Positions 32,751-41,966 of a DNA stretch of 64,000 nt are shown one piece after another. Under the pieces are notes generated by a model. The model was not told where the DNA came from. It searched no databases and worked only from the letters and a program-made list of their open reading frames with translations. The stretch's first letter is position 1, and each line of letters opens with the position of its first letter. Origin of the DNA: an uncultured Alphaproteobacteria bacterium. Its GTDB lineage: Bacteria > Pseudomonadota > Alphaproteobacteria > Reyranellales > Reyranellaceae. Where the stretch lies: assembly GCA_963755595.1 (NCBI GenBank), contig CAVWKP010000024.1:87525-151524 (forward strand). Direction: 5' to 3'. The translations under genes were made by a program, and so were the position numbers.

Positions 32751-34063
32751 CTATTGGTCGGATCGACGCAGCCGCCACTGCAGGGCTTCGAGCTCCTCGC
32801 CCATCGCCGCCAGAACCTGCTCCGCCTCGGCCGTCGACTGCCCGGTCGAGGCCAGGATCCTCACCGTCTCCTGCTGGTGCGCGATGGCCCCCGTCAGCTC
32901 CCTGATCTTCTGATCGTCTTCCCCGCCAACAACACCGCCACCATCCGCGGAGTGGCGGTGTTGTTGTTCGGTGGCGGAGTTGGTCTCGGACGGCAGCGCC
33001 CAGTACCACAGCCCGCCCACGCCCTTCTTCGCGCTGAGGCCGAGATCGGTCTTGGCGCGCTCCATCGTGCGCCACCTGTAGCCGTTGGCGGCAGCCGCCG
33101 CTTTCACCTCGCGCGTGGCCACCGGTCCGCGGCCCAGCAGGTCCTGCAGGAAGGCCATCACCTCACCCCGCGCCTGCTCCTCCTCGTCCGGCGCCTCGAT
33201 CGCCATCAGCTGGTGCGCGCTGCCGTCCAGCCGCTGGCCCCACTCCACGCGCTGGGCGTGGAAGTCGTAGCCGGGCACCGGCACGCCCAAAAGGGTGTAC
33301 TCGATGCCGCCATGGTCGAGGCCGAGGTTGGACTTGGCGCGCACCAGTCGGTGCGGCAGCCGGCGGTCGCGCGGCTTCACGGTGGCCAGCACCACGCGCG
33401 CCACGGCGGCGAAGGCGATCGAGCCCATCACGCGCTCGAGCGGCTCGCGGCCGGTGCTGCCCTTGCTGAGGTGGGTGATCCCGAGCACCGCCACGTCGAG
33501 CTGCTCGGCCAGGCTCACCAGCGGCGCGAGGTCGCGCCTGCGTCTCGCTGTTCTTGTGGCTGTCGCCGTTGATCACCGCCACGACGGGATCGAGCACGAC
33601 CAGCTTGAGCTCGCGCATGAATTCCGCGCACTCGATCAGCCGCGGCAGGTCGGTGGCCGGATCGAACGGCCGGCTGCGGCCGCTCTCGTTCACCTCGCCG
33701 GCGAAGTGCAGGCGGCGCGGGTCACCGCCGGCCGCCAGGAAGCGCGGCAGCAGCGTGTCGGCGATGCCGTCCTCGCCGCTCCAGAACAGCACGTCGCCCG
33801 GCTCGGCCCTTTCGCTCCCGGGCGCTGCCAGCCCCGCCAGTCGGCCAGGCCGCGCCCGCGGTGATGGCGGCGGCGAGCGACACCGCGATGGTGGTCTTGC
33901 CGGTGCCGGGCGAGCCCGCCAGCAGCTGCAGCTTGCCGAGCGACAGCCAGTGCGGCCACAGCCAGCGCACCGCCTCCGGCTCGACCAGTCTGGCGCTCAC
34001 CAGCTGGAAGCCGGGCTTGCGCGCCGCGCGATCCGCCATCGCGAGGATGTTGTCGTCAGCCAT
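32751..34063 (-). CDS. RecA/RepA-like AAA (AAA_25) helicase with C-terminal winged-helix-like region, frameshifted
   Basis: VRWLWPHWLSLGKL, Walker A GSPGTGKTT, WSGED, Walker B LVVLDP, GITHLSK, GSIAFAAVAR and KSNLG, then GPVATREVKAAA..GYRWRTMERAK and WYWALP. Confidence 0.8.
32930..32963. repeat. 34-bp palindrome R4 (inside the helicase reading frame)
   Basis: CAACACCGCCAC-CATCCGCGGA-GTGGCGGTGTTG. Confidence 0.9.
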
Positions 34064-35003
34064 GGCTCCGCACCTCCGCGATTGAACCGAAATCCTTGAA
34101 GCGGCGCGGCGGCTTCGACCACGCCCGCCTCCTTGCCGGCCTGCCGCCAGCGGCCGATGCAGGCCTCGGCGGCCCGCGCGCCGGGCGCGTCGTTGTCGCT
34201 GTAACACCGTCGAGCGACTCGACGCCGCCCAGCACCGGGAAGCCCGCCAGGGCGCCGGCCGACAGGCACACCCAGACCGGGCGCGAAGCCGGCGGCCAGA
34301 ACAGCGAGGCCGTCCTCGATGCCTTCGGTGAGACGAAGCCCCATCGTCACGTCCTCATCGGGCGTGAGCTTCAGCACGGCGCCGCGGGCGGGACCGAGCA
34401 TCATCTTGTTGGGCGTGACACGCGCTTTGCCGAGGCCATCCGCCCGCAGGAAGGTCCGATGCACGCCGACCGGCTGATCGTCCGCGATGTCGCGCATCAG
34501 GCCGAGCATCGGCCGGCAGAGCGCGCCTCGCCGCGCGGGCAGGCAGGATGGAAGCGCAGAACCTCGTCGCTGCCGTCCGGCAGCTTCAGGCCGCGGTGGC
34601 GGAGGTAGGTCTCGACGATCGTGCCGCTCGCCGGACGCGCCTCGCGCCAGAGCTGCAGCGCCAGCTCATGAGGCTGGAGGCGCGTCCGCCGAGTGCTTGG
34701 TGCAGGCGCGTGAGCGGCGCGATCTCTCGCCACACCGACCGGCGCACCCAGCCACTCGCCGGCCCACTCGATCGCCTGGCGGAAGTCCCAGCCTGGATTG
34801 GCGAACTGGATCAGGTCCAGCAGGTCGCCGCCCTGGTCGGCCTCGAAGCTGTGCCAGGTGTGCCGCTCGACGTCGTACGACAGGCTGCCGCGGCTGCCCC
34901 AGCGCCAGTAGCGCGCACCCTGGGCCGTCGGCTGGCCCAGCAGCTCGACCACCAGCCGGTCAGAACTGGCGGCCAGCTGAGCCTTCAGCGCCGCAATATC
35001 CAT
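34056..35003 (-). CDS. Toprim-domain primase (plasmid/phage type, DUF7146-like), frameshifted
   Basis: GGDLLDLI, ALQLWREARP..GTIVETYLRHRGL, LRFHPACP, GVHRTFL, KMMLG, TEGIEDGLA and DND; the stop overlaps the helicase start. Confidence 0.8.
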
Positions 35004-35042
35004 CCCTCCGCCCTCCTCTTCCAGGCGTTATTGGATGAACCC

Positions 35043-35087
35043 CTTGTACGTCTACCGTATATACGAAGTCAAGAACATTTGACGAAC
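35043..35087 (-). promoter_or_regulatory. Putative primase promoter with alphaproteobacterial LexA box
   Basis: Minus strand reads GTTC-GTCAAAT-GTTC (35087-35073) directly abutting TTGACT (-35), then an 18-nt spacer containing the palindrome CGTATATACG, then TACAAG (-10-like). Confidence 0.65.
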
Positions 35088-35099
35088 ATCGCAATCCAA

Positions 35100-35133
35100 C
35101 AACACCGCCACTCGCCACAGGGTGGCGGTGTTG
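35100..35133. repeat. 34-bp palindrome R5
   Basis: CAACACCGCCAC-TCGCCACAGG-GTGGCGGTGTTG. Confidence 0.9.
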
Positions 35134-35157
35134 TTGTTGGCGGGAGGGGTTGGCCCG

Positions 35158-35191
35158 CAACACCGCCACTCCCCGCGCGGTGGCGGTGTTG
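35158..35191. repeat. 34-bp palindrome R6
   Basis: CAACACCGCCAC-TCCCCGCGCG-GTGGCGGTGTTG. Confidence 0.9.
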
Positions 35192-35332
35192 TCCGGTGGG
35201 TGCCGGCGAGGACGTTCGCCCGGAATGCGCGGACGGCGGCAGCTGGTCAGGAAGCGGGCGTGCTAGCCGCCACGGGTCGAATCCCATGCGCCGTGTGGGC
35301 TACACTTCCCATGCTTTTGAAGGAGACAATTA

Positions 35333-35821
35333 GTGCCTCTGCTTCGTTTGGCTGCTGCGGCACTCGTCGCCTTCGGGCTCGACAGGCTTTCAAAGATCCT
35401 GATCGTGCACTGGCTTAACCTGCCATCACTGGAAGTTATCGATGTACTGCCGCCTTACCTCGTACTGAGAATGGCTTGGAACAAGGGCATAAATTTTGGG
35501 CTCTTCAGCATCTACGACAGCCAGTGGTTCTTGGTAGCCTCTGCACTTCTTATCTCTTTTTTGTTGATGGTATGGATACGCACCAAGCAGGGCTGGATAC
35601 AGCCGTTGGCCATCGGAGCAATTGTTGGTGGAGCACTCGGCAACGCCTTTGATCGAGTAAGATATGGAGCCGTCGCCGACTATCTCAATATGAGTTGCTG
35701 TGGCATCAAAAACCCAACGTCGTTTAACGTTGCCGACATTTCTGTCTTTGGTGGTGTCTTGGTCTTGATTGTAGGAGGCTGGATCGGTTCGCGGACTACG
35801 ACGACACACTCGCACAAGTAG
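35333..35821 (+). CDS. lspA: Lipoprotein signal peptidase II (AT-richer than host)
   Basis: DRLSK, NKGINFG, GGALGNAFDR, VADYL and FNVAD motifs; GAAGGAG RBS. Confidence 0.9.
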   Translation: MPLLRLAAAALVAFGLDRLSKILIVHWLNLPSLEVIDVLPPYLVLRMAWNKGINFGLFSIYDSQWFLVASALLISFLLMVWIRTKQGWIQPLAIGAIVGGALGNAFDRVRYGAVADYLNMSCCGIKNPTSFNVADISVFGGVLVLIVGGWIGSRTTTTHSHK

Positions 35822-35874
35822 GGCGGACCGGCTCGAGGGCACGCGGACTAGTCGAGATGGGGGAGTTCGGACCG

Positions 35875-35908
35875 CAACACCGCCACTCCCCGCGCGGTGG
35901 CGGTGTTG
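35875..35908. repeat. 34-bp palindrome R7 (identical to R6)
   Basis: CAACACCGCCAC-TCCCCGCGCG-GTGGCGGTGTTG. Confidence 0.9.
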
Positions 35909-35911
35909 CCC

Positions 35912-36680
35912 CTAGTTCACCGCGCCGCCGGGCACCGCGTCGACGGTGACCTCGATCGGCCGCTGCAGCTGGTCGGGGTTGAGCGCCAGCGGTTGCGCGA
36001 GGCGATAGAGCGTCGAGGCGCCGAGCGAGAGCCGCACGTCGAGCACGAGCTTGCGGTCCCGGAGCTTCATGTCGGGCGGCACGCGCAGGCCGAAGGGGAT
36101 GGGGTTGACCCAGCTCGAGCGCGCCACGGCTTCGGTGAGCAGCGCCGGCGGATTGGTCGCCTGGTCGAAGAGCTGCACGCGGAGCTCGGCACCCGGCGCC
36201 AGCTGTGCCTTGGGGCGGTAGTAGGCCTGGCCGCGCAGCACCAGGGCCGGCGGCAGGTCCTCCTTGCGCTGGGGCTGCAGGTCGGTCCAGGTGAAGCTCA
36301 CGGCCGAGCCCTTGTCGTCGATCAGGCAGCGGAAGCGCAGCCCCACTACCTCGCCGCGGCGGCGGTTGCGCGCGCCGATGCCGGTGACGATCGCGACGAT
36401 GTGGGCGCCCTCCACCGTCTGGTCGGTGCGCTCGACGTTCATCCAGGGAACGCCCATCAGGGTGAGCAGCGGAAAGGCGTTGTCGGCCTCGCGTATCTCG
36501 GCGCCGAACTTGCCGGCACAGCGCGACAGCAGCGGCGAAGAGATGCCTCCCTGGTTCCGAAATTGCTCGTCCTGCGCCTGTCCGGCAGACGGCAGGCCGA
36601 GGCCGGCCGCAAGCGCCGCCCAGGAAACAAACGCGGCAACGAACCGGGCGCGCCGGCCCGACGGGAATGCGAGTCTCCAT
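35912..36680 (-). CDS. Secreted protein with C-terminal YbaY/YscW-like domain (5' frameshift)
   Basis: LRGQAYYRPKAQLAPGAELRVQLFD...PIPFGL resembles the YbaY pilotin domain; a signal-like N-terminus is in frame upstream of 36457. Confidence 0.6.
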
Positions 36681-36683
36681 GGC

Positions 36684-36989
36684 TTACAGCGGCGTCAGCG
36701 ACGGGTTCTTGTCGCAGGCCTTGTCGTTGTCCTTGACCACCCAGATCGGCCGCTTGCCCGGCCACTCCGTGCACGTGAGCGACGACTGCTGGCGCGAGCA
36801 GAACGAGGCGCCGAGCGAATAGATCTGGCCGGCCCAGAAGCAGTAGGTCTGCTTGTCCTCTGGCGTCAGGTTCCCATAGGCCGGCGGAACCCTGAGGATG
36901 TTCTGGCTCGGAACCTGGTCCTGCTGTGCAGCCGCGCCGAGCGGCAGCCCCAAAGGCGCGATGGACAGTGCGATCGCTAACGCCCGCAT
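36684..36989 (-). CDS. Small secreted Cys-rich hypothetical protein
   Basis: Signal peptide; YCFWAGQIYSLGASFC. Confidence 0.6.
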   Translation of the reverse strand: MRALAIALSIAPLGLPLGAAAQQDQVPSQNILRVPPAYGNLTPEDKQTYCFWAGQIYSLGASFCSRQQSSLTCTEWPGKRPIWVVKDNDKACDKNPSLTPL

Positions 36990-37024
36990 GATCTCTCCCC
37001 CGTTATCCGCTCGACGCGGCCCCT

Positions 37025-37885
37025 CTAGCGAGGCTTGTCGCCGGCCAGCGTAATGCGGTGCATGACGCGGCGGAAGCCGTGATAGTCGTTGACCGGATTG
37101 TGCAGCGCGCAGCGATTGTCCCAAAGCGCGATCGAGCCCGACGCGCCCATGGAAGCGGCAGGTGAATTCCGGCCGGGTCTGGTGGTCGCACAGGAACTCG
37201 AGCAGGGGCGCGCTCTCCTTCTTCGCTCAGCCCGTTGAAGCGCGCGGTGTGCGCGAGGATTGACGTAGAGCGCCTTGCGGCCGGTCTCGGGATGGGTGCG
37301 CACGACCGGATGCTCGGCCTCGTAGTCCTCTTGGGTGTGGCCCTCGCGTCCGCCTGCTTCAGCGCGATCCTCGCGGGTCTTGCGTGGCGTCGGCCTTGGC
37401 CGAGAGTTGACGCCGATCAAGCCCTCGAGCAGTCTGCTTCATGCCGTCCGACAGCGCCTCGTAGGCGAGATACTGGTTGGCGAACAGCGTGTCGCCGCCG
37501 TAGGGCGGCACTTCGCGCGCCAGCAGCATGTGCCCATCGGCGGGTCCGTCAGATAGGTCGTGTCGGAATGCCAGATGCCGCCGAAATTGTTGCGCTCGTG
37601 CTCGAGCTTGACGACCGGCGTGATCTTCGGGCAACTCGGGCAGGCCTTTGAGCTGAACGGATACTCGATCGGCTCGCCGAACTTCCTGGCGAAGGCGAGC
37701 TGCTGCGCCGGCGTCACCTTCTGGTCGCGCAGGAAGATCACCAGATGCTCGAGCAAGGCATGGCGCACCTCGGCCACGATCTCGGCGTCGAGGTCGCGCG
37801 CCATATCCACGCCCCCGATCTCGGCGCCGAGCGCGCCGGCGATCGGCTTCACCTCGATGTGGCGGTAGTTGCGCATGGTGCTCAT
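37025..37885 (-). CDS. TauD/TfdA 2-oxoglutarate-dependent dioxygenase (several frameshifts)
   Basis: LGAEIGGVD, WHSDTTY, GGDTLFAN, HPVVRTHPETGRKAL, WDNRCALH and RVMHR. Confidence 0.85.
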
Positions 37886-38694
37886 TCCTTATTCCACACC
37901 TTACTCCATGGCGGCGCTTGTTTGGCCAGGAACGCCTTGATGCCCTCGGCGGCCTGCGGCCGGCGCAGCAGGCCGACCAGGCTCTCGGCCGCGTCGTCGA
38001 GCACGGCCCGATCCTCCGCCGTTGCCGAAGACAGCACCAGGCGCTTTACGGTGGCCAGCGCCTGCGGCTCGAGCTTCAGGATGTCGTCGAGCACGGCCTT
38101 GAGCGTGCGGTTGAGATCGGCGGTGTTGGCGCAGAAGTGCCGCCCGACGCCCAGGCGATGGGCTTCCGCGCCATCGATCACGCGGCCGGTGACGGCAAGA
38201 TCGCGGCACCCGCCCTCGCCCACCCGGCGCACGACGAACGGCAGGATCTGCGAGGGGATGAAGCCCCATTTGGGCTCGGGCATGCCGAGCCGTGCGCTCT
38301 CGTGCAGGATCACCACATCGGAGCAGCAGGCGAGACCGAAGCCGCCGCCCACCGCCGAGCCCTCGACGATCGCGACGACCGCCTGCGGCAGGTGATTGAG
38401 CGCCAAGAGCGCGTCGCCGAGCCGGCGGTAGGCCGGGACGAGCGGATCGGCCGCGCCATTGGCAGGCTTCGGCGGCATGTCGGCCATGGCGTCGAGATCG
38501 CCGCCGGCCGAGAAGTTGCCGCCGGCGCCGCGCAACACCAGCACGCGGCAGGATTGATCGTCGCGCACGTTGGCGAAGGCGTCCTCGAGCTCGACCATCA
38601 TCGCATGCGTCAGCGCATTGCGCCGGTCGGGCCGGTTCAGCACCAGCCGGGCGACAGCTCCGTCGCGCGACAGCGTGATGTTGGTGTAGGCCAT
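37882..38694 (-). CDS. Enoyl-CoA hydratase/isomerase
   Basis: LNRPDRRNAL, FSAGGDL, AVGGGFGL and MPE. Confidence 0.85.
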   Translation of the reverse strand: MAYTNITLSRDGAVARLVLNRPDRRNALTHAMMVELEDAFANVRDDQSCRVLVLRGAGGNFSAGGDLDAMADMPPKPANGAADPLVPAYRRLGDALLALNHLPQAVVAIVEGSAVGGGFGLACCSDVVILHESARLGMPEPKWGFIPSQILPFVVRRVGEGGCRDLAVTGRVIDGAEAHRLGVGRHFCANTADLNRTLKAVLDDILKLEPQALATVKRLVLSSATAEDRAVLDDAAESLVGLLRRPQAAEGIKAFLAKQAPPWSKVWNKE

Positions 38695-38731
38695 GGGCAA
38701 TGTCTTAGCGAGCGGCTATCCTCACAACAAG

Positions 38732-39572
38732 ATGAAGCGTTTCGTTGTTTCGCTGGCTCGCTGCGTTTCTGTGCTGCGTCGGGGATTGGTCCGCGGCGGC
38801 CGCGGACTGGTCGACCGTCACCACGCCCGCGCCCGGCCCGACGCAGTCCATCGGCTTCTACACGGCGGGCTGTCTGCAAGGGGCGCAGCCCCTGCCGCTC
38901 GACGGACCGGGCTACGAGGTGATCCGCATCAGCCGCAACCGCTACTGGGGCCAGCCGGTCATGCTGGACTACATCCAAGGCCTGGCGGCCAAGATGAAAG
39001 CCGCCGGCCAGGCCCACCTCTATATCGGCGATATCGGCCAGCCCCGCGGCGGGCCGGCGCCCACAGGTCACGCCAGCCACCAGGTCGGACTGGATGCCGA
39101 CATCTGGTACGAGCGCCAGCCCGGCGCGCGCCGGGCGCCGGCCGACCGCGAGAACCCGCGCCTGCGCTCGCTGGTGCGCTCCGACGATAGCGGCATCGAC
39201 GACACGGTCTTCAGCCCGGCGCATGTCAGCCTGCTGCGCACCGCGGCGGAGATGCCGCATGTCGACCGCATCTTCGTGAACAAATTTATCAAGCAGCGGC
39301 TGTGCCAGACCGTCACCGGCAACCGCGCCTGGCTGAACAAGCTGGTGGTGTGGGCCGGCCACGACGAGCACTTCCATGTCCGGCTCCATTGCCCGCCCGG
39401 CAATCCGCAGTGCCAGCCGCAGGCCGGCTACTACTCCGACGACGGCTGCGGCGAGCCGCTCGACCTCTGGTTCCGGCGTCCGCCGGTGACGCTGCCGCCG
39501 GAGGGCGCGCCGCAGAAGCCCTACCGGCCGAAATTGCCGGCGGCCTGTGCCGCGGTCCTCAACGCGCGCTAG
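38732..39572 (+). CDS. mepA: Penicillin-insensitive murein endopeptidase
   Basis: IGFYTAGCLQG, SRNRYWG, GHASHQVGLDADIW and GHDEHFHVRLHCP; start uncertain (5' indel). Confidence 0.85.
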
Positions 39573-40366
39573 CCGGCTGAGGGCGCGCCACTCCCGTCGC
39601 GCGTCATCATCGCGCCACTAGAGTGGCGCGCCCCCAACGGAAGATCGACGTCCACGATCACGGGAGCATGGTCGCTGAGCCCCGTGCTGCACCAGCTCTC
39701 GAACGTGCCGACATCGACCTTCACCCGGCCGATCCAGCGTGACGGCAGGAACACGTAATCGATGTGATAGGTCGGCCCGTCCTTGGTGCGGTCGCGCCAG
39801 TAGAGCGTCGGCATCGTCTCCTGGCCGTGCAGCTCGCCGCGTACCGCATGATAGGCGCTGACCAGGCCGAACTCCTCTTCGAGAATCCTGACCTTGGTCG
39901 AGTGATTGATGCGCCAGCCCGGCTTGTCCCAGATGGTGTTGCTGTTGAGGTCGCCCGCGATCACGGTTGCCGGATGGCCGAGGAAATCCCGGTAGCGCGA
40001 CAGGGCGCGCCGCAGCGGACCGAGCCGGCGCTTGCGCATGCCGCCGGCACTGGCATTCTGCGCCCATACCGCCAGCAGATTGCATTCCGTGGGTCCATCG
40101 ACATGGACCGGGGCAACATAGTGCAGCGCCGCGTGATAGGAGTCGGCGAGCCGCACGGCATGGCCGTTGAAGCCGAAGACGGCGAGCCCCTTGTGCGGGT
40201 TGCGCCCGATCCACACCGGATCGCTTTCCATCCAGCTCGCGCCGCGCGAACGCAGTCGCTCAGGCTCGGCGCATTCGGAGATGACGGCGATGTCAGGCTT
40301 GAGCGCCAACAGGCCCCGGGCCTTGCGGTCCAACGCCATGTTGCAGTTCCAGGCGACGATTCTCAT
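39569..40366 (-). CDS. Endonuclease/exonuclease/phosphatase family protein
   Basis: MRIVAWNC, PDIAVISE, AGDLNSN, HIDYVF and SDHAP. Confidence 0.85.
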   Translation of the reverse strand: MRIVAWNCNMALDRKARGLLALKPDIAVISECAEPERLRSRGASWMESDPVWIGRNPHKGLAVFGFNGHAVRLADSYHAALHYVAPVHVDGPTECNLLAVWAQNASAGGMRKRRLGPLRRALSRYRDFLGHPATVIAGDLNSNTIWDKPGWRINHSTKVRILEEEFGLVSAYHAVRGELHGQETMPTLYWRDRTKDGPTYHIDYVFLPSRWIGRVKVDVGTFESWCSTGLSDHAPVIVDVDLPLGARHSSGAMMTRDGSGAPSAG

Positions 40367-41173
40367 TCACCTTGCCCGAGCAGCGTGCCGGCGCGGCGCG
40401 AGGAGCGGAAGAACCACAGGAAGATCTGGAAGCCCAGCACCAGATAGACCACCGACAGGCCGAAGGCGATGGCGAGGCTGTCCCAATGGACGGTCTTCTC
40501 GGCCAGGATGGCGCGCATGCCCTCGAAGATATAGGCCGGCGGCAGCCCGAGCGAAATCACCTGCATCCAGTGCGGCAGCACCGACACCGGATAATAGACG
40601 CCGCTCACCGGCATCAGGATGAAGACGGCGGCCCAGGCGAAGCTTTCAGCGCTCTGGCCGACGCGCATGATCATGCCCGACATGGCGAGCCCGATCGACC
40701 AGGAGAACATCTGCAGGATGGCGAAGAAGGCGACCAGCGGCAGGCCGAGCGTGTAGATGTTGTAGCCGAAGAACGCCCAGGCCATCAGCGACACCGGCAC
40801 GAGCCCGAGCAAGGTGCGCAGGAGGGCCGCGATGATGATGCCGGTCGCCATCTCCCACGAGCGGATCGGGCTCACGAACAGATGGCCGAGATTGCGCGAC
40901 CACATCTCCTCGAGAAAGGCGATGGAGAGCGAGAGGTTGCCGCGCACCACGACCTCCCACAGCAGCAGGCCGGACAGCAGCACACCCGCGGCCTGCGCCA
41001 CGAACGATGCCCGCGGCAGCAGGTACTGGGTCATGAAGCCCCACATCACCATCTGCACCGCCGGCCAGTAGATCGAATTCGATCAGCCGCATGACCGAGC
41101 TGCGCCAGATATGGATATGGCGCAGCACCAGGGCGTAGATGCGATCGACAGATCCACTCAAGGGGCCGCTCAT
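40363..41173 (-). CDS. ABC-2 type transporter permease (frameshift ~41075)
   Basis: FLEEMWSRNLGHLFVSP and SGVYYPVSVLP. Confidence 0.8.
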
Positions 41174-41959
41174 GATGCCGCCTCCCCCTTGCGTAGCGCG
41201 TTGAGTCCGCGTCCGCGGCCGCGCGCCATGTCGAGGAACACCTCCTCCATGTCCTCGCGGCCGAAGCGCTCGATCAGCTCGCGCGGGAGCCGCGCTCGAA
41301 GACCTTGCCGGCCTGCAGCAGGATCACGTCGTCGCACAGCCGCTCGACCTCGCCCATGTTGTGCGAGGCGAGCAGGATCGTGGCGTGCGTGTCACGCTGG
41401 TAATCCTTGAGATAGCCGCGCACCCAGTCGGCGGTGTCGGGATCGAGCGAGGCCGTGGGCTCGTCGAGCAGCAGCACGTCGGGCCGGTTGATCAGTGCCT
41501 TGGCCAGCGCCACGCGGGTCTTCTGGCCGGCCGACAGCTTGCCCGCCTGCGCGCTCGAGGAACGGCGCGATCTGCATGTGGCTCGGCGATCTCCTCGACC
41601 CGGCGCGCGAGATCCTTCACGCCGTAGAGCCTGCCGTAGAAGGCAAGGTTCTGGCGCACCGTCAGGCGATGCGGCAGGTCGACATAAGGCGAGGAGAAGT
41701 TCATGCGCGGCAGTGCCGCGTAGCGCCGGCGGCGCATGTCGACGCCCAGCACCTCGATCTCGCCGGCCGTCGGCTCCAGCAGGCCGAGCAGCATGGCGAT
41801 GGTCGTGGTCTTGCCGGCGCCGTTGCCGCCCAGCAGCCCGAGCACGGCGCCGGCCGGCACCGCGAAGGTCAGGTCGTCGACCGCGACGACCTCGCCGTAC
41901 ACCTTGCGCAGGTGCCGTACATGGATGGAGGGGGCCTCAATAGAGCGGGATTGGGCCAT
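41170..41959 (-). CDS. ABC transporter ATP-binding protein (frameshifted)
   Basis: GGNGAGKTT, LSAGQK and LLLDEPTASLD. Confidence 0.85.
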
Positions 41960-41966
41960 GGCTGCA

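Larger units (their letters stand above)
29875..35908. mobile_element. Palindrome-delimited primase-helicase island without an integrase/transposase
   Basis: The first repeat starts 1 bp after the penicillin acylase TAA and the last ends 3 bp before the stop of the convergent gene. Seven repeats occur inside and I saw none elsewhere in the window. Contains a primase, a helicase and an AT-richer cargo gene. Confidence 0.7.

Noticed and set aside
29875-35908. CRISPR array interpretation of the 34-bp repeats
   Set aside because: Spacing is highly irregular (24 bp to 2.6 kb), the repeat centres vary, the intervals contain genes, and there are no cas genes.
29875-35908. Integron attC array or XerCD dif/pdif sites
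   Set aside because: No intI gene, no RYYYAAC/GTTRRRY cores with extrahelical bases, and the arms are GC-rich perfect palindromes unlike the AT-rich 11-6-11 dif consensus.
29875-35908. Repeats as simple intrinsic terminators, or the island as a prophage/IS
   Set aside because: Some copies follow stop codons, but others lie upstream of a promoter or inside an ORF, and conserved arm sequence plus fixed spacer length exceed what a terminator needs. No capsid, integrase or transposase genes are present.
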